A stretch of 64,000 nucleotides of DNA, from NCBI RefSeq assembly GCF_055900595.2, contig NZ_CM148325.1; one strand, written 5' to 3'. Of the stretch, positions 50,121-62,630 are shown piece after piece. Within the stretch, counting starts at the first letter, position 1. Each line of letters starts with the position of its first letter. Below the pieces are notes generated by a model that worked only from the letters and a program-made list of their open reading frames with translations, was not told the origin of the DNA and ran no database searches. Made by a program: the position numbers and the translations under genes.

Positions 50121-51086
50121 TTACTGTTTTTTGTTGTCTACCAGCACCGCCAGCAAAATCACCACCGCTTTGACGATCATCTGGTAATAGGAGGAAACAC
50201 CTAACAAATTCAATCCATTATTAAGGAAGCCAAGAATTAATGCGCCGATCAACGTCCCAACAATGCGACCTTTTCCGCCCGCCAGACTCGTACCGCCCAG
50301 AACCACCGCAGCAATAGCATCCAGCTCATAGCCAGTTCCCGCAGTGGGTTGTGCGGAGGAGAGACGCGCCACTTCAATGATCCCGGCCAGCGATGCCAGC
50401 AGACCACAAAGAGAATAGACGATGATTTTGATTTTATTGACGTTGATACCAGAAAGGCGCGTAGCCGCTTCGTTGCCGCCCAGCGCGTAGATGTAACGCC
50501 CCAAACGTGTGTGATGCAGCATGTACCAGGCCGCGAGGAACACAATCCCCATGATCCAGACTGGCGTCGGTACGCCCAGCGGACGACCAATACCAAACCA
50601 GCCGAACAGATCGGCGTTCTCAGTAAAGCCGGTATTCACTGGGCTACCGTTGGTATAAACCATGGTCACGCCGCGCAGTAAAAGCATCATAACCAGCGTA
50701 GCGATAAACGCCTGGACGCGACCTTTCGCAACAATCACCCCGGTTACCGCACCAATAGCGGCACCTAACGCGAGAGCGGCAGCGACAGCCACCAGCGCAT
50801 TGACTTCAATGCCGACGATAGATGCAGCCACTGCGCCAGTCAGCGCCAATAGAGAACCTACCGACAAGTCGATGCCCGACGTCAGGATCACCAGCGTCAT
50901 CCCGACCGCCATAATGGCGTTCACCGAGGTTTGCTGGAGAATATTGAATAAGTTATTGATGGTGAAAAAGTTCGGGCTTAATGTCGAGACAATCGCGATC
51001 AGCACCAGCAGAGCGATAAGCGATTTCTGCTCCATCAGCCATGCTTTCGTGAAATAACGGCGACCAGAGACAGTCTGGGTTGTCAT
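50121..51086 (-). CDS. rbsC: ribose ABC transporter permease
   Basis: 321-aa polytopic membrane ORF of the AraH/RbsC permease family. Confidence 0.95.
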   Translation of the reverse strand: MTTQTVSGRRYFTKAWLMEQKSLIALLVLIAIVSTLSPNFFTINNLFNILQQTSVNAIMAVGMTLVILTSGIDLSVGSLLALTGAVAASIVGIEVNALVAVAAALALGAAIGAVTGVIVAKGRVQAFIATLVMMLLLRGVTMVYTNGSPVNTGFTENADLFGWFGIGRPLGVPTPVWIMGIVFLAAWYMLHHTRLGRYIYALGGNEAATRLSGINVNKIKIIVYSLCGLLASLAGIIEVARLSSAQPTAGTGYELDAIAAVVLGGTSLAGGKGRIVGTLIGALILGFLNNGLNLLGVSSYYQMIVKAVVILLAVLVDNKKQ

Positions 51087-51090
51087 TTTT

Positions 51091-52596
51091 TTACTCCTGA
51101 TTCACGCGATTAAGCTTGCCCACAGCGGCAGCCATTAACACTTCCTGGGTGGCCCGCTCACGAGTAAATTCCCCGCTGAGATGCCCTTCATGCATGACGA
51201 TGATGCGATCGCTCATGCCTAATACTTCTGGCATCTCCGATGACACCAGAATGATGCTCAAGCCATCGGCTTTGAACTGGTTAATCAGTTGATAGATCTC
51301 TTTTTTCGCACCAACATCTACGCCACGGGTAGGTTCATCAAGAATCAACACTTTGGGGCGTGTCATCAGTCCACGGGCAATCGCCACTTTTTGCTGATTG
51401 CCACCGGAGAGCAAACCAATTGCCTGTTCCATCGACGGCGTTTTCACATTAAACAGACGAATAAAATCACTCACTGCCTGCTGTTCATCGGCATGCTTCA
51501 AACTGCCGCCAGTACGGCTAAAGTAACGCAGCGCAGTCAGCGACATATTCTCTTTGACTGACATACCCAGCACTAAACCGTCACGTTTGCGGTCTTCGGA
51601 GATATACACAATGCCGTTTGCCAGGCCATCCTGCGGTGAACGGGTAACGACTTCATGCCCATCCAGAGTGACGTAACCGCTGGTACGCGGCAGTGCGCCG
51701 TAGAGCACTTTCATCAGTTCGGTACGCCCCGCGCCCATCAAACCAGAGACGCCAAGAATTTCACCTTTGCGTAAGGTAAATGAAACATCATTAACGCCAG
51801 GTCCGCAGAGATTATCGACTTTCAGGCGGATATCGCCCGGCGCTTTGTCCAGGTGTGGATATTGATCTTCCAGCTTGCGGCCCACCATCATCTCAATCAG
51901 CGAATCTTCGGTCAGTGATGCCACTTCGCGCTCAGCAATAAATTGCCCGTCACGAAAAACAGTAACGTCATCGCAAATTTCGAAGATTTCTTTCATGCGG
52001 TGGGAGATATAGACAATACCGCGGCCTTGCGATTTCAGCTCGCGGATGACGCGGAACAGGGATTCGGTTTCGGTATCGGTCAGCGCATCGGTCGGTTCAT
52101 CCATAATGATGACTTTCGACTCAAAGCTCAGCACTTTGGCGATTTCAACCATTTGCTGGTCACCGATGGAAAGATCGCCCACCAGCTTGTCACTTTTAAA
52201 ACGCAGGTTAAGTTTAGCCAGCAATTTATCCGCTTCGGCATACATGGTTTTCCAGTCAATTTTGCCAAAGCGATTAACAAACTCACGACCGAGGAAAATG
52301 TTTTCGGCAATGGTTAACTGCGGGATCAGGTTCAGTTCCTGATGGATGATTCCAATGCCGGCTTCCTGGGAGGATTTCGGCCCGGTAAACGTTGTTTCTT
52401 TCCCCAGCCATAAAAGCGTACCGGCATCACGCGTATAGATACCAGTAAGCACTTTCATCATGGTGGATTTACCCGCGCCGTTTTCACCCACCAGCGCCAT
52501 TACACGCCCCGGATAGACATTTAACGCGGCGCCCGAGAGGGCTTTTACGCCCGGAAAGGCTTTATCAATGCCTTTAAGCTGTAGTAATGCTTCCAT
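51091..52596 (-). CDS. rbsA: ribose ABC transporter ATP-binding protein (two fused ABC domains)
   Basis: 501-aa ORF with Walker [10 protein letters not shown] and duplicated ABC signature/Walker B regions. Confidence 0.95.
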   Translation of the reverse strand: MEALLQLKGIDKAFPGVKALSGAALNVYPGRVMALVGENGAGKSTMMKVLTGIYTRDAGTLLWLGKETTFTGPKSSQEAGIGIIHQELNLIPQLTIAENIFLGREFVNRFGKIDWKTMYAEADKLLAKLNLRFKSDKLVGDLSIGDQQMVEIAKVLSFESKVIIMDEPTDALTDTETESLFRVIRELKSQGRGIVYISHRMKEIFEICDDVTVFRDGQFIAEREVASLTEDSLIEMMVGRKLEDQYPHLDKAPGDIRLKVDNLCGPGVNDVSFTLRKGEILGVSGLMGAGRTELMKVLYGALPRTSGYVTLDGHEVVTRSPQDGLANGIVYISEDRKRDGLVLGMSVKENMSLTALRYFSRTGGSLKHADEQQAVSDFIRLFNVKTPSMEQAIGLLSGGNQQKVAIARGLMTRPKVLILDEPTRGVDVGAKKEIYQLINQFKADGLSIILVSSEMPEVLGMSDRIIVMHEGHLSGEFTRERATQEVLMAAAVGKLNRVNQE

Positions 52597-52603
52597 GACG
52601 GCC

Positions 52604-53023
52604 TCAGAACGTCACGCCAGCACAGAGAATGATATTCGCATACGGAGAACATTCTCCGCTGCGAATTACCGCCTGACTTTCTGCGGTTTGTTGTTTGAAT
52701 TGTTCATGCGTGGTGTAACGAATTTCAATGGTATTTCCCTGGTGTTTTTGCAGCTGCTCAAGGTGAGTGAGCAACGTTTCGTGGAGTTGCGGATTATGTT
52801 GTTTGATCTCTTCCGCGATAATGGCAGCCTCGACCTGCATTTCATTTGTGACGACGCCCAGCACCTGCATAAAAGAAGGTACACCCTGGGTTAATGCCAT
52901 ATCGATACGCGTTGTACTTTTGGGGATGGGTAAACCAGCATCACACACCACCAACGTATCGGTATGTCCCAGACGGGAGATCACCGAAGAAATATCAGAA
53001 TTAAGAACGGTGCCTTTTTTCAT
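52604..53023 (-). CDS. rbsD: D-ribose pyranase
   Basis: Start placed at [22 protein letters not shown] (139 aa). Confidence 0.9.
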   Translation of the reverse strand: MKKGTVLNSDISSVISRLGHTDTLVVCDAGLPIPKSTTRIDMALTQGVPSFMQVLGVVTNEMQVEAAIIAEEIKQHNPQLHETLLTHLEQLQKHQGNTIEIRYTTHEQFKQQTAESQAVIRSGECSPYANIILCAGVTF

Positions 53024-53035
53024 TTTTTTCTCCAT

Positions 53036-53053
53036 CAGCGAAACGTTTCGCTG
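53036..53053. promoter_or_regulatory. candidate RbsR operator (perfect 18-bp palindrome)
   Basis: cagcgaaacgtttcgctg is a perfect inverted repeat of the LacI/PurR-family half-site type, 13 bp upstream of the rbsD start codon. Confidence 0.5.
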
Positions 53054-53145
53054 ACCCGCAGTTTAATCCTGACTGAGTTGGGAAAACCATCGTGACGTTA
53101 CGGAAATGTGATCAACATCGAAACGTTTTACATGGTGATTAACCA

Positions 53146-53182
53146 TGAAAACAAAAACGCCCCCTTATGGAGAAAGGAGGCG
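53146..53182 (-). terminator. candidate terminator downstream of kup
   Basis: Minus-strand hairpin (acgcc...ggcgt) followed by ttttgtttt. Confidence 0.4.
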
Positions 53183-53189
53183 TCTGGCG

Positions 53190-55058
53190 TTAAATTTCGA
53201 CCTGAGTACCCAGTTCGATAACCCTGTTTGGCGGGATTTCAAATTGATCCGGTGCGCGCAGCGCATTACGTTGCAACAGCAAATACAGCTTGCCGCGCAA
53301 ACGCAAATACCACGGACGTTTGCCGAGGATCAGTGATTCATGCGACATAAAGAAGGAGGTTTCCATCATCCGGCAACTTAACCCTTCCAGACCACAGCGG
53401 TGGAAAACTTCTTCCACGTTTGGCGTTTCCCGCCATCCATAACTTGCCACCACGCGCCAGAAAGTGGACGACAGTTGTTCAATCTGTACCCGACGGACGT
53501 TATGGACATATGGCGCGTCTTCAGTGCGCAGAGTTAACAGAATCACCCGCTCATGCAACACCTTGTTATGTTTCAGGTTATGCATCAGTGCAAAGGGAAT
53601 GACGTTGATTGCACGCGACATATACACCGCGGTCCCTGGCACGCGAACGGGCGGTGATTTCTCCAGCGAAGCAATCATCGCTTCCAGAGAGTTGCCATGT
53701 TCATGCATCCGCCGCAGCAAGCGGAAACGCTCGCTCTTCCAGGTAGTCATCACGATAAACATTACCGTACCGAGACTCAGTGGCAACCAGCCGCCGGAGA
53801 GCAGTTTATCGAGGTTAGCGGTGAACAATGGAATATCAACACAAAGGAAAGCAATCAGGATCAGCGCAACAAAATACTTATTCCAGTGCCAGTTCTGACG
53901 TGCCACAGTAGTTGAGAGAATAGACGTCAGTACCATGGTTCCGGTCACCGCAATCCCGTACGCCGCCGCCAGGTTGCTGGAGTGCTCAAAGCTGACAATC
54001 ACAATCACGACCGCGACATAGAGCATCCAGTTCACAAACGGAATATAGATTTGCCCTGACTCCATTTCGGAGGTGTGAATAATGCGCATCGGCGACAAAT
54101 ATCCCAGACGTACCGCCTGACGCGTCAATGAGAAGACGCCAGAAATAACCGCCTGCGAGGCAATTACCGTCGCCAGTGCGGCGATGATCAGCAGCGGGAT
54201 CAGCGCCCAGTCCGGTGCCAACAGGAAGAACGGGTTCTTAATTGCTTCCGGGTTCTTTAACAACAGAGCGCCCTGGCCAAAGTAATTAAGAGTTAATGAA
54301 GGCAATACGACGGTGAACCACACCAGGCGAATCGGGAACTTACCAAAGTGCCCCATATCAGCGTACAGCGCCTCGACACCGGTAATCGACAGCACCACTG
54401 CCCCTAACGCAATAAACGAAACCGTTTTATATTCAAGGAAGAAATGCACCGCCCACATCGGATTCAACGCATGCAGTACTTCCGGGTTAGCAATAATGCT
54501 ACGCACCCCCAGTCCCGCCAGAATCAAAAACCAGGTCAGCATGATAGGCGCAAACAGCTTACCGACCATAGCAGTGCCATGTTTTTGAATCATAAATAGT
54601 AAAGTCAGAACGATGATTGAGAGGGGAACTATCCAGGTATCCAGCTGCGGAGCGACGATTTCCAGACCTTCAATGGCAGACATCACCGAAATAGCGGGTG
54701 TTATGACGACTTCACCATAGAAAAAGCTGCCGCCGATTAGCCCCATAATAACCAGCATTGATGTCGTTCGCGCCGACGTATTACGCCCGGCAAGCGACAT
54801 CAACGTCAGAATGCCCCCTTCCCCGGCGTTATCTGCCCGCATCACGAAGGTGAGATATTTAATGGAAACCACAAAGATTAGCAGCCAGAAGATCAGCGAT
54901 AAAAAGCCAAACACGGCATCGCGTTCAACGCCAAAACCAAACTGGCCGGACAAACATTCACGAAGTGTATATAACGGGCTGGTACCAATATCGCCGTAGA
55001 CAACTCCAATCGCCGCGAGGGTAATCGCGGGCAACGATTGCTTATTATCAGTGCTCAT
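53190..55058 (-). CDS. kup: low-affinity K+ uptake transporter (KUP family)
   Basis: 622-aa [35 protein letters not shown]... with 12 TM N-terminal domain and cytoplasmic C-terminal domain. Confidence 0.97.
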   Translation of the reverse strand: MSTDNKQSLPAITLAAIGVVYGDIGTSPLYTLRECLSGQFGFGVERDAVFGFLSLIFWLLIFVVSIKYLTFVMRADNAGEGGILTLMSLAGRNTSARTTSMLVIMGLIGGSFFYGEVVITPAISVMSAIEGLEIVAPQLDTWIVPLSIIVLTLLFMIQKHGTAMVGKLFAPIMLTWFLILAGLGVRSIIANPEVLHALNPMWAVHFFLEYKTVSFIALGAVVLSITGVEALYADMGHFGKFPIRLVWFTVVLPSLTLNYFGQGALLLKNPEAIKNPFFLLAPDWALIPLLIIAALATVIASQAVISGVFSLTRQAVRLGYLSPMRIIHTSEMESGQIYIPFVNWMLYVAVVIVIVSFEHSSNLAAAYGIAVTGTMVLTSILSTTVARQNWHWNKYFVALILIAFLCVDIPLFTANLDKLLSGGWLPLSLGTVMFIVMTTWKSERFRLLRRMHEHGNSLEAMIASLEKSPPVRVPGTAVYMSRAINVIPFALMHNLKHNKVLHERVILLTLRTEDAPYVHNVRRVQIEQLSSTFWRVVASYGWRETPNVEEVFHRCGLEGLSCRMMETSFFMSHESLILGKRPWYLRLRGKLYLLLQRNALRAPDQFEIPPNRVIELGTQVEI

Positions 55059-55280
55059 AGACTAGTCTTTCGTTGAAATATGAAATGTGTGCTTAGTCCC
55101 TTGGCCCACAAAAAAGCGCACAGTATGCACGATTAACGACAAAATCGTACTCCTAAATGCGGCCACATTAACCTGGCTCAAAGAAAAATAGACCTCTTTT
55201 GAGACTATTTTAGCCACCAGCAAGAAACGTCTATACTCGCAATTTACGCAGAACTTTTGACGAAAGGACGCCACTTCATT

Positions 55281-56777
55281 ATGGCTCACCCTCATTTATT
55301 AGCGGAAAGAATTTCCCGCCTGAGCAGTTCGTTGGAAAAGGGGCTTTATGAACGTAGCCACGCCATCCGCTTGTGTTTATTAGCGGCATTAAGTGGTGAA
55401 AGTGTGTTCCTCCTTGGCCCGCCAGGCATTGCCAAAAGTTTGATCGCCCGGCGCTTAAAATTCGCCTTTCAGAATGCCCGCGCGTTTGAATATCTGATGA
55501 CCCGCTTCTCCACGCCGGAAGAAGTTTTTGGTCCCCTTTCTATTCAGGCGCTAAAAGATGAAGGGCGCTATGAACGTTTAACCAGCGGTTACCTGCCGGA
55601 AGCAGAAATCGTCTTTCTGGATGAGATCTGGAAAGCGGGCCCGGCAATTCTTAATACCTTGCTCACCGCCATTAACGAGCGCCAGTTCCGTAACGGTGCA
55701 CACGTAGAAAAAATCCCGATGCGTCTGCTGGTGGCGGCCTCCAACGAGCTGCCGGAAGCAGACAGCAGTCTGGAAGCGTTATATGACCGCATGCTGATTC
55801 GTCTGTGGTTAGATAAAGTGCAGGATAAAGCGAATTTCCGCTCCATGCTGACCAGTCAACAGGATGAAAATGACAATCCGGTTCCTGCCTCCTTGCAGGT
55901 CACTGATGAAGAATATGAACGCTGGCAGAAAGAGATTGGTGAAATTACGCTGCCCGATCATGTATTTGAGCTGATTTTTATGCTGCGCCAGCAACTGGAT
56001 AAATTACCGGATGCGCCTTATGTCTCGGATCGTCGCTGGAAAAAAGCGATCCGCTTATTGCAGGCCAGCGCCTTTTTTAGCGGTCGCAGTGCTGTTGCCC
56101 CGGTAGATCTCATTTTGCTGAAAGATTGCCTGTGGTATGACGCGCAAAGCCTGAATTTGATACAACAACAAATTGATGTATTGATGACCGGTCATGCCTG
56201 GCAACAGCAAGGGATGTTGACCCGCCTGGGCGCGATTGTGCAACGTCACCTGCAACTACAGCAGCAACAAAGCGATAAAACAGCCTTAACGGTAATTCGT
56301 CTGGGCGGCATTTTCAGCCGTCGTCAGCAGTATCAACTCCCTGTTAACGTTACTGCTTCCAATCTGACTCTGCTGCTGCAAAAACCGTTAAAACTGCATG
56401 ATATGGAAGTGGTTCATATCTCCTTTGAGCGTAGCGCGCTGGAACAGTGGCTGAGCAGAGGTGGTGAAATTCGCGGCAAACTGAACGGTATCGGCTTTGC
56501 CCAGAAACTGAATCTGGAAGTTGATAGCGCCCAACATCTTGTCGTACGCGATGTAAGTTTACAAGGCAGTACGCTGGCACTTCCCGGTTCATCGGCTGAA
56601 GGTCTGCCAGGTGAAATAAAACAACAACTGGAAGAGCTTGAAAGCGACTGGCGCAAGCAACACGCTTTATTCAGCGAACAGCAAAAATGTCTGTTTATCC
56701 CAGGCGACTGGTTAGGTCGCATTGAAGCCAGCCTACAGGATGTCGGCACCCAGATTCGCCAGGCACAACAATGCTAA
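55281..56777 (+). CDS. ravA: MoxR-family AAA+ ATPase RavA
   Basis: Start placed at [21 protein letters not shown] (498 aa); Walker A GPPGIAKS, Walker [10 protein letters not shown]. Confidence 0.95.
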   Translation: MAHPHLLAERISRLSSSLEKGLYERSHAIRLCLLAALSGESVFLLGPPGIAKSLIARRLKFAFQNARAFEYLMTRFSTPEEVFGPLSIQALKDEGRYERLTSGYLPEAEIVFLDEIWKAGPAILNTLLTAINERQFRNGAHVEKIPMRLLVAASNELPEADSSLEALYDRMLIRLWLDKVQDKANFRSMLTSQQDENDNPVPASLQVTDEEYERWQKEIGEITLPDHVFELIFMLRQQLDKLPDAPYVSDRRWKKAIRLLQASAFFSGRSAVAPVDLILLKDCLWYDAQSLNLIQQQIDVLMTGHAWQQQGMLTRLGAIVQRHLQLQQQQSDKTALTVIRLGGIFSRRQQYQLPVNVTASNLTLLLQKPLKLHDMEVVHISFERSALEQWLSRGGEIRGKLNGIGFAQKLNLEVDSAQHLVVRDVSLQGSTLALPGSSAEGLPGEIKQQLEELESDWRKQHALFSEQQKCLFIPGDWLGRIEASLQDVGTQIRQAQQC

Positions 56778-58222
56778 CGCTGGATACGCTTAATGTGATG
56801 CTGGCCGTCAGCGAAGAGGGATTGATCGAAGAGATGATCATCGCGCTGCTGGCCTCACCGCAGCTGGCAGTCTTCTTTGAAAAATTCCCACGACTGAAGG
56901 CGGCAATCACTGATGATGTTCCCCGCTGGCGTGAGGCGCTTCGCAGTCGGCTGAAAGATGCCCGAGTCCCGCCGGAACTCACCGAAGAGGTGATGTGCTA
57001 TCAGGAAAGCCAGCTCCTCTCCACGCCGCAGTTTATTGTGCAGCTACCACAGATCCTGGACTTACTGCATCGTCTGAATTCCCCATGGGCAGAACAAGCC
57101 CGACAGTTGGTTGATGCTAACAGCACGATCACTTCAGCGTTACACACACTTTTTCTCCAGCGTTGGCGTTTAAGTCTGATCGTGCAAGCAACGACGTTAA
57201 ATCAACAGCTATTAGAAGAAGAACGCGAACAACTGTTGAGTGAAGTTCAGGAACGCATGACGCTGAGCGGGCAACTTGAACCGATTCTCGCAGATAACAA
57301 TACCGCAGCTGGTCGTCTGTGGGATATGAGCGCCGGTCAGCTTAAACGTGGCGACTATCAGTTGATTGTGAAATACGGTGAATTTCTTAACGAACAGCCG
57401 GAACTGAAACGCCTGGCAGAACAGTTGGGGCGTTCCCGGGAAGCCAAATCAATACCGCGCAACGATGCGCAGATGGAAACCTTCCGTACCATGGTGCGCG
57501 AACCGGCGACCGTTCCTGAGCAGGTTGATGGACTGCAACAAAGCGACGATATTTTACGCCTTCTACCACCGGAATTGGCGACGCTGGGGATAACGGAACT
57601 GGAATATGAGTTTTATCGTCGGCTGGTGGAAAAACAATTGCTCACCTATCGCCTTCACGGTGAGTCGTGGCGTGAAAAAGTGATCGAACGCCCGGTAGTT
57701 CATAAAGATTACGACGAACAGCCGCGCGGACCGTTTATTGTCTGCGTGGATACTTCCGGCTCAATGGGCGGCTTTAATGAACAGTGTGCGAAAGCGTTCT
57801 GTCTGGCATTGATGCGCATAGCCCTCGCTGAAAACCGGCGCTGCTATATTATGCTATTTTCCACCGAGATCGTCCGTTATGAGCTTTCAGGCCCACAAGG
57901 TATTGAGCAAGCGATCCGCTTTTTAAGTCAGCAGTTTCGTGGTGGCACCGATCTTGCCAGTTGTTTCCGCGCCATTATGGAACGCTTGCAAAGCCGGGAA
58001 TGGTTTGATGCCGATGCGGTGGTGATTTCTGATTTTATCGCCCAGCGGTTGCCTGATGATGTGACGAGCAAAGTGAAAGAGTTGCAGCGGGTACATCAGC
58101 ATCGCTTTCATGCCGTGGCGATGTCGGCACATGGCAAACCCGGCATCATGCGCATTTTCGATCATATCTGGCGCTTTGATACCGGGATGCGAAGCCGCCT
58201 GCTCAGACGCTGGCGGCGATAA
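56771..58222 (+). CDS. viaA: von Willebrand factor A-domain protein ViaA
   Basis: 483-aa ORF with C-terminal VWA/MIDAS motif (VCVDTSGSM); 7-nt overlap with ravA. Confidence 0.95.
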   Translation: MLTLDTLNVMLAVSEEGLIEEMIIALLASPQLAVFFEKFPRLKAAITDDVPRWREALRSRLKDARVPPELTEEVMCYQESQLLSTPQFIVQLPQILDLLHRLNSPWAEQARQLVDANSTITSALHTLFLQRWRLSLIVQATTLNQQLLEEEREQLLSEVQERMTLSGQLEPILADNNTAAGRLWDMSAGQLKRGDYQLIVKYGEFLNEQPELKRLAEQLGRSREAKSIPRNDAQMETFRTMVREPATVPEQVDGLQQSDDILRLLPPELATLGITELEYEFYRRLVEKQLLTYRLHGESWREKVIERPVVHKDYDEQPRGPFIVCVDTSGSMGGFNEQCAKAFCLALMRIALAENRRCYIMLFSTEIVRYELSGPQGIEQAIRFLSQQFRGGTDLASCFRAIMERLQSREWFDADAVVISDFIAQRLPDDVTSKVKELQRVHQHRFHAVAMSAHGKPGIMRIFDHIWRFDTGMRSRLLRRWRR

Positions 58223-58226
58223 ACAA

Positions 58227-59219
58227 TTACAGCAGAGAAGGGACGCTCTCGCGAACAGCAGTAGGCCATACACCACACTGAACCTGACCGATATGTGGTA
58301 GTTGCAACAGCAGCATGGTCAAACGAGACTGGCCGATACCGCCGCCAATGGTCTGCGGCATTTCACCGCGCAGCAGCGCCTGATGCCACTCCAGCTGCAG
58401 GCGATCTTCGTCACCGGTCAGCGCCAGCTGATGCTTCAACGTTTCGGCATCCACGCGAATCCCCATGGAAGAAAGCTCAAACGCATCTTCCAGTACCGGG
58501 TTCCACACCAGAATATCGCCGTTCAAACCCGCATGGCCCAGCTCTGACGGGGTGCTCCAGTCATCATAATCCGGTGCGCGCACGTCGTGACGATGACCAT
58601 CACTCAACTTGCCGCCAATCCCGACGAGGAATACCGCGCCAAGATCTTTCGCAATCGCCCGCTCACGTCCTTTGGCATCGAGATCCGGATAACGAGCCAG
58701 TAACTCCTGGCTGTGTACGAAGTGGATCTGATCCGGCAGGAACGGTGCCAGGCCAAACTCTTCGCTAACTGCAGCTTCGGTTGCTTTAATTCCCGCCCAG
58801 ATCGCCTCTACCGTGCTTTTCAGAGTCGAGAATTGACGCTCGCCGTCGCCCATTACGCGTTCCCAGTCCCACTGGTCAACATAGACCGAGTGCAACGGGG
58901 AAAGACGGTCTTCATCGGGGCGAAGGGCTTTCATGTGCGTGTACAGCCCTTCGCCTGCGCTGAAGTCGTGTTGCCCTAAGGTCTGACGTTTCCACTTCGC
59001 CAGTGAATGAACCACTTCGAACTGGGCATCAGGCAGAGCTTTCACTTTTACCTGCACCGCTTTTTCACAGCCCGACAAGTTATCCTGCGTGCCATCCCCC
59101 ACACGGCTAAGAATCGGCGCCTGGACTTCAATCAGCCCCAGACGTTCTTCCAGTTGACGAGAAAAGTGAGATTTCACGAAGCTAATTTGACGTTGTTTGG
59201 CAATGTAAGCGGTTTTCAT
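58227..59219 (-). CDS. asnA: aspartate-ammonia ligase (asparagine synthetase A)
   Basis: 330-aa [51 protein letters not shown]... Confidence 0.97.
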   Translation of the reverse strand: MKTAYIAKQRQISFVKSHFSRQLEERLGLIEVQAPILSRVGDGTQDNLSGCEKAVQVKVKALPDAQFEVVHSLAKWKRQTLGQHDFSAGEGLYTHMKALRPDEDRLSPLHSVYVDQWDWERVMGDGERQFSTLKSTVEAIWAGIKATEAAVSEEFGLAPFLPDQIHFVHSQELLARYPDLDAKGRERAIAKDLGAVFLVGIGGKLSDGHRHDVRAPDYDDWSTPSELGHAGLNGDILVWNPVLEDAFELSSMGIRVDAETLKHQLALTGDEDRLQLEWHQALLRGEMPQTIGGGIGQSRLTMLLLQLPHIGQVQCGVWPTAVRESVPSLL

Positions 59220-59370
59220 TTTTTATACTCCTGCGTCCTGTTGCTTATGATTAAGCAACAAAAACCGACACACATGCAATAATCATTCAATAAAAAGCCT
59301 CATGCACTTTTGATTCATTAAAAAATAGGGCTAAAATAGAATGAATCATCAATCCGCATAAGAAAATCCT

Positions 59371-59829
59371 ATGGAAAATTATCTGATCGACAATCTGGAC
59401 CGTGGCATCCTGGAAGCATTAATGGGCAATGCGCGCACCGCTTACGCCGAACTGGCGAAACAATTTGGCGTCAGTCCGGGGACAATTCACGTTCGAGTAG
59501 AGAAAATGAAGCAGGCGGGGATCATTACCGGGGCACGTATTGATGTCAGCCCGAAGCAGCTCGGTTATGACGTAGGCTGCTTTATCGGCATTATATTAAA
59601 GAGCGCCAAAGACTATCCTTCCGCGCTGGCAAAGCTGGAAAGCCTCGATGAAGTCACTGAAGCCTATTACACAACTGGCCACTACAGCATCTTTATCAAA
59701 GTGATGTGCCGTTCGATCGATGCTCTCCAGCATGTACTTATCAACAAGATCCAAACAATTGATGAAATTCAGTCCACCGAGACATTGATCGTCCTGCAGA
59801 ACCCGATCATGCGTACCATCAAGCCCTGA
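59371..59829 (+). CDS. asnC: Lrp/AsnC-family transcriptional regulator AsnC
   Basis: 152-aa ORF with N-terminal HTH (ARTAYAELAKQFGVSPGTIHVRVEKM) and RAM domain; divergent from asnA. Confidence 0.97.
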   Translation: MENYLIDNLDRGILEALMGNARTAYAELAKQFGVSPGTIHVRVEKMKQAGIITGARIDVSPKQLGYDVGCFIGIILKSAKDYPSALAKLESLDEVTEAYYTTGHYSIFIKVMCRSIDALQHVLINKIQTIDEIQSTETLIVLQNPIMRTIKP

Positions 59830-59850
59830 TCGGCTTTTTTAATCCCATAC

Positions 59851-59890
59851 TTTTCCACAGGTAGATCCCAACGCGTTCACAGCGTACAAT
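59851..59890 (+). promoter_or_regulatory. mioC promoter region with DnaA box
   Basis: TTTTCCACA DnaA-box-like 9-mer (59851..59859) upstream of a TACAAT -10-like hexamer (59885..59890) before mioC. Confidence 0.55.
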
Positions 59891-59918
59891 ACGCCACTCT
59901 TAATAAAGGTGGCGGTTT

Positions 59919-60362
59919 ATGGCAGATATCACTCTTATCAGCGGCAGCACCCTCGGCGGTGCCGAATATGTAGCAGAACACCTGGCTGAAAAGCTGGAAG
60001 AGGCGGGTTTTACCACCGAAACGCTGCACGGTCCGCTGTTGGAAGATTTATCTGCCTCTGGGATCTGGCTGGTTATCAGCTCAACCCACGGTGCCGGAGA
60101 TATTCCGGACAACCTTTCTCCTTTCTATGAAGCATTGCAGGAACAGAAGCCCGATCTTTCTGCGGTCCGCTTTGGCGCAATCGGTATTGGTAGTCGTGAA
60201 TATGACACCTTTTGTGGGGCTATCGATAAACTCAAGGCAGAACTCAAAAATTCCGGTGCAAAACAGACAGGCGAAACACTGAAGATCAACATCCTTGATC
60301 ACGAAATTCCGGAAGATCCGGCAGAAGAATGGCTGGGATCGTGGATTAATTTACTCAAATAA
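59919..60362 (+). CDS. mioC: flavodoxin-like FMN protein MioC
   Basis: 147-aa ORF MADITLISGSTLGGAEYVAEHLAEKLEEAGF... (flavodoxin fold), transcribed toward oriC. Confidence 0.95.
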   Translation: MADITLISGSTLGGAEYVAEHLAEKLEEAGFTTETLHGPLLEDLSASGIWLVISSTHGAGDIPDNLSPFYEALQEQKPDLSAVRFGAIGIGSREYDTFCGAIDKLKAELKNSGAKQTGETLKINILDHEIPEDPAEEWLGSWINLLK

Positions 60363-60384
60363 GTATACAGATCGTGCGATCTAC

Positions 60385-60652
60385 TGTGGATAACTCTGTC
60401 AGGAAGCTTGGATCAACCGGTAGTTATCCAAAGAACAACGGTTGTTCAGTTTTTGAGTTGTGTATAACCCCTCATTCTGATCCCAGCTTATACGGTCCAG
60501 GATCACCGATCATTCACAGTTAATGATCCTTTCCAGGTTGTTGATCTTAAAAGCCGGATCCTTGTTATCCACAGGGAAGTGCGATCCTAATAAGAGATCA
60601 CAATAGAACAGATCTCTAAATAAATAGATCTTCTTTTTAATACCCAGGATCC
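60385..60652. other. oriC: chromosomal replication origin oriC
   Basis: Reverse complement of canonical E. coli oriC: DnaA boxes R4 (60385..60393 tgtggataa), R3 (60424..60432), R2 (60459..60467), R5/M (60510..60518), R1 (60565..60573 ttatccaca); three AT-rich 13-mers at 60587..60599, 60602..60614, 60618..60630; 13 GATC sites; BamHI site ggatcc at 60647..60652. Confidence 0.97.
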
Positions 60653-60740
60653 CAGGTCTTTCTCAAGCCGACAAAGTTGAGTAGAATCCACGGCCCGGGC
60701 TTCAATCCATTTTCATACCGCGTTATGCGAGGCAATCACC

Positions 60741-62630
60741 ATGTTTTATCCGGATCCTTTTGACGTCATCATCATTGGCGGGGGTCATGCAGGCACCGAG
60801 GCCGCGATGGCCGCGGCGCGTATGGGTCAACAGACTCTGCTTTTGACACACAATATCGACACGCTGGGGCAGATGAGCTGCAACCCGGCGATCGGCGGTA
60901 TTGGGAAGGGACATCTGGTAAAAGAAGTGGATGCACTCGGCGGTCTGATGGCGAAAGCGATCGATCAGGCGGGTATCCAGTTTAGGATACTAAACGCAAG
61001 CAAGGGACCGGCAGTTCGCGCTACCCGAGCTCAGGCGGATCGTGTGCTCTACCGTCAGGCAGTACGTACGGCGCTGGAGAATCAACCGAATCTGATGATC
61101 TTCCAGCAGGCGGTTGAAGATCTTATTGTCGAAAATGATCGCGTGGTCGGTGCTGTTACCCAAATGGGACTGAAGTTCCGTGCCAAAGCCGTCGTGCTCA
61201 CCGTTGGGACGTTCCTCGACGGTAAAATTCATATCGGTCTGGATAACTACAGCGGTGGCCGTGCTGGTGATCCGCCGTCCATTCCGCTCTCTCGCCGTTT
61301 GCGTGAACTGCCGCTGCGCGTTGGTCGTCTGAAAACCGGGACACCGCCGCGTATTGATGCGCGTACTATCGACTTCAGCGTGCTGGCGCAACAGCATGGC
61401 GATAACCCAATGCCGGTATTCTCGTTTATGGGCAATGCGTCCCAGCATCCACAGCAGGTGCCGTGTTATATCACTCATACCAACGAGAAAACCCATGATG
61501 TGATCCGCAGTAACCTCGATCGTAGCCCAATGTACGCAGGGGTGATCGAAGGTGTCGGCCCACGCTACTGTCCGTCGATCGAAGACAAAGTCATGCGCTT
61601 CGCCGACAGAAATCAGCATCAGATCTTCCTTGAACCGGAAGGGCTGACCTCTAACGAAATTTATCCGAACGGTATCTCCACCAGCCTGCCGTTCGATGTG
61701 CAGATGCAAATCGTCCGCTCCATGCAGGGGATGGAAAACGCGAAGATCGTGCGTCCGGGATATGCCATTGAGTATGACTTCTTCGATCCACGCGACCTGA
61801 AACCGACGCTGGAGAGCAAGTTTATCCAGGGGCTGTTCTTTGCTGGTCAGATTAACGGCACTACCGGTTATGAAGAAGCCGCTGCGCAAGGTTTGTTGGC
61901 CGGTCTTAACGCTGCCCGTCTGTCTGCTGACAAAGAAGGTTGGGCTCCGGCGCGTTCTCAGGCGTATCTCGGCGTACTGGTTGATGACCTGTGCACTTTA
62001 GGAACCAAAGAACCGTATCGTATGTTTACCTCGCGCGCAGAATATCGTCTGATGCTGCGCGAAGATAATGCGGATCTGCGTTTGACTGAAATTGGTCGTG
62101 AACTGGGCCTGGTGGATGACGAACGTTGGGCGCGCTTTAACGAGAAACTTGAGAATATCGAGCGTGAGCGTCAGCGTCTGAAATCGACCTGGGTAACCCC
62201 GTCGGCGGAAGCTGCAGCCGAAGTGAATGCTCACCTGACTGCGCCGCTTTCCCGTGAAGCCAGTGGTGAAGATCTGCTGCGTCGTCCGGAAATGACTTAT
62301 GAAAAATTAACCATGCTGACGCCGTTTGCCCCTGCGTTGACAGACGAACAGGCGGCGGAACAGGTTGAGATTCAGGTTAAATACGAAGGTTACATTGCGC
62401 GCCAGCAAGATGAGATCGAAAAGCAGCAGCGTAACGAGAATACCTTGCTGCCAGCGACGCTGGATTACCGCCAGGTATCCGGTCTTTCTAACGAAGTGAT
62501 CGCCAAACTTAACGATCACAAACCGGCTTCTATCGGTCAGGCTTCGCGTATTTCTGGCGTCACGCCTGCTGCCATCTCCATTCTGCTGGTGTGGCTAAAA
62601 AAACAGGGTATGCTGCGTCGTAGCGCATAA
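60741..62630 (+). CDS. mnmG: tRNA uridine-5-carboxymethylaminomethyl modification enzyme MnmG (GidA)
   Basis: 629-aa ORF with N-terminal FAD-binding [10 protein letters not shown] motif. Confidence 0.97.
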   Translation: MFYPDPFDVIIIGGGHAGTEAAMAAARMGQQTLLLTHNIDTLGQMSCNPAIGGIGKGHLVKEVDALGGLMAKAIDQAGIQFRILNASKGPAVRATRAQADRVLYRQAVRTALENQPNLMIFQQAVEDLIVENDRVVGAVTQMGLKFRAKAVVLTVGTFLDGKIHIGLDNYSGGRAGDPPSIPLSRRLRELPLRVGRLKTGTPPRIDARTIDFSVLAQQHGDNPMPVFSFMGNASQHPQQVPCYITHTNEKTHDVIRSNLDRSPMYAGVIEGVGPRYCPSIEDKVMRFADRNQHQIFLEPEGLTSNEIYPNGISTSLPFDVQMQIVRSMQGMENAKIVRPGYAIEYDFFDPRDLKPTLESKFIQGLFFAGQINGTTGYEEAAAQGLLAGLNAARLSADKEGWAPARSQAYLGVLVDDLCTLGTKEPYRMFTSRAEYRLMLREDNADLRLTEIGRELGLVDDERWARFNEKLENIERERQRLKSTWVTPSAEAAAEVNAHLTAPLSREASGEDLLRRPEMTYEKLTMLTPFAPALTDEQAAEQVEIQVKYEGYIARQQDEIEKQQRNENTLLPATLDYRQVSGLSNEVIAKLNDHKPASIGQASRISGVTPAAISILLVWLKKQGMLRRSA

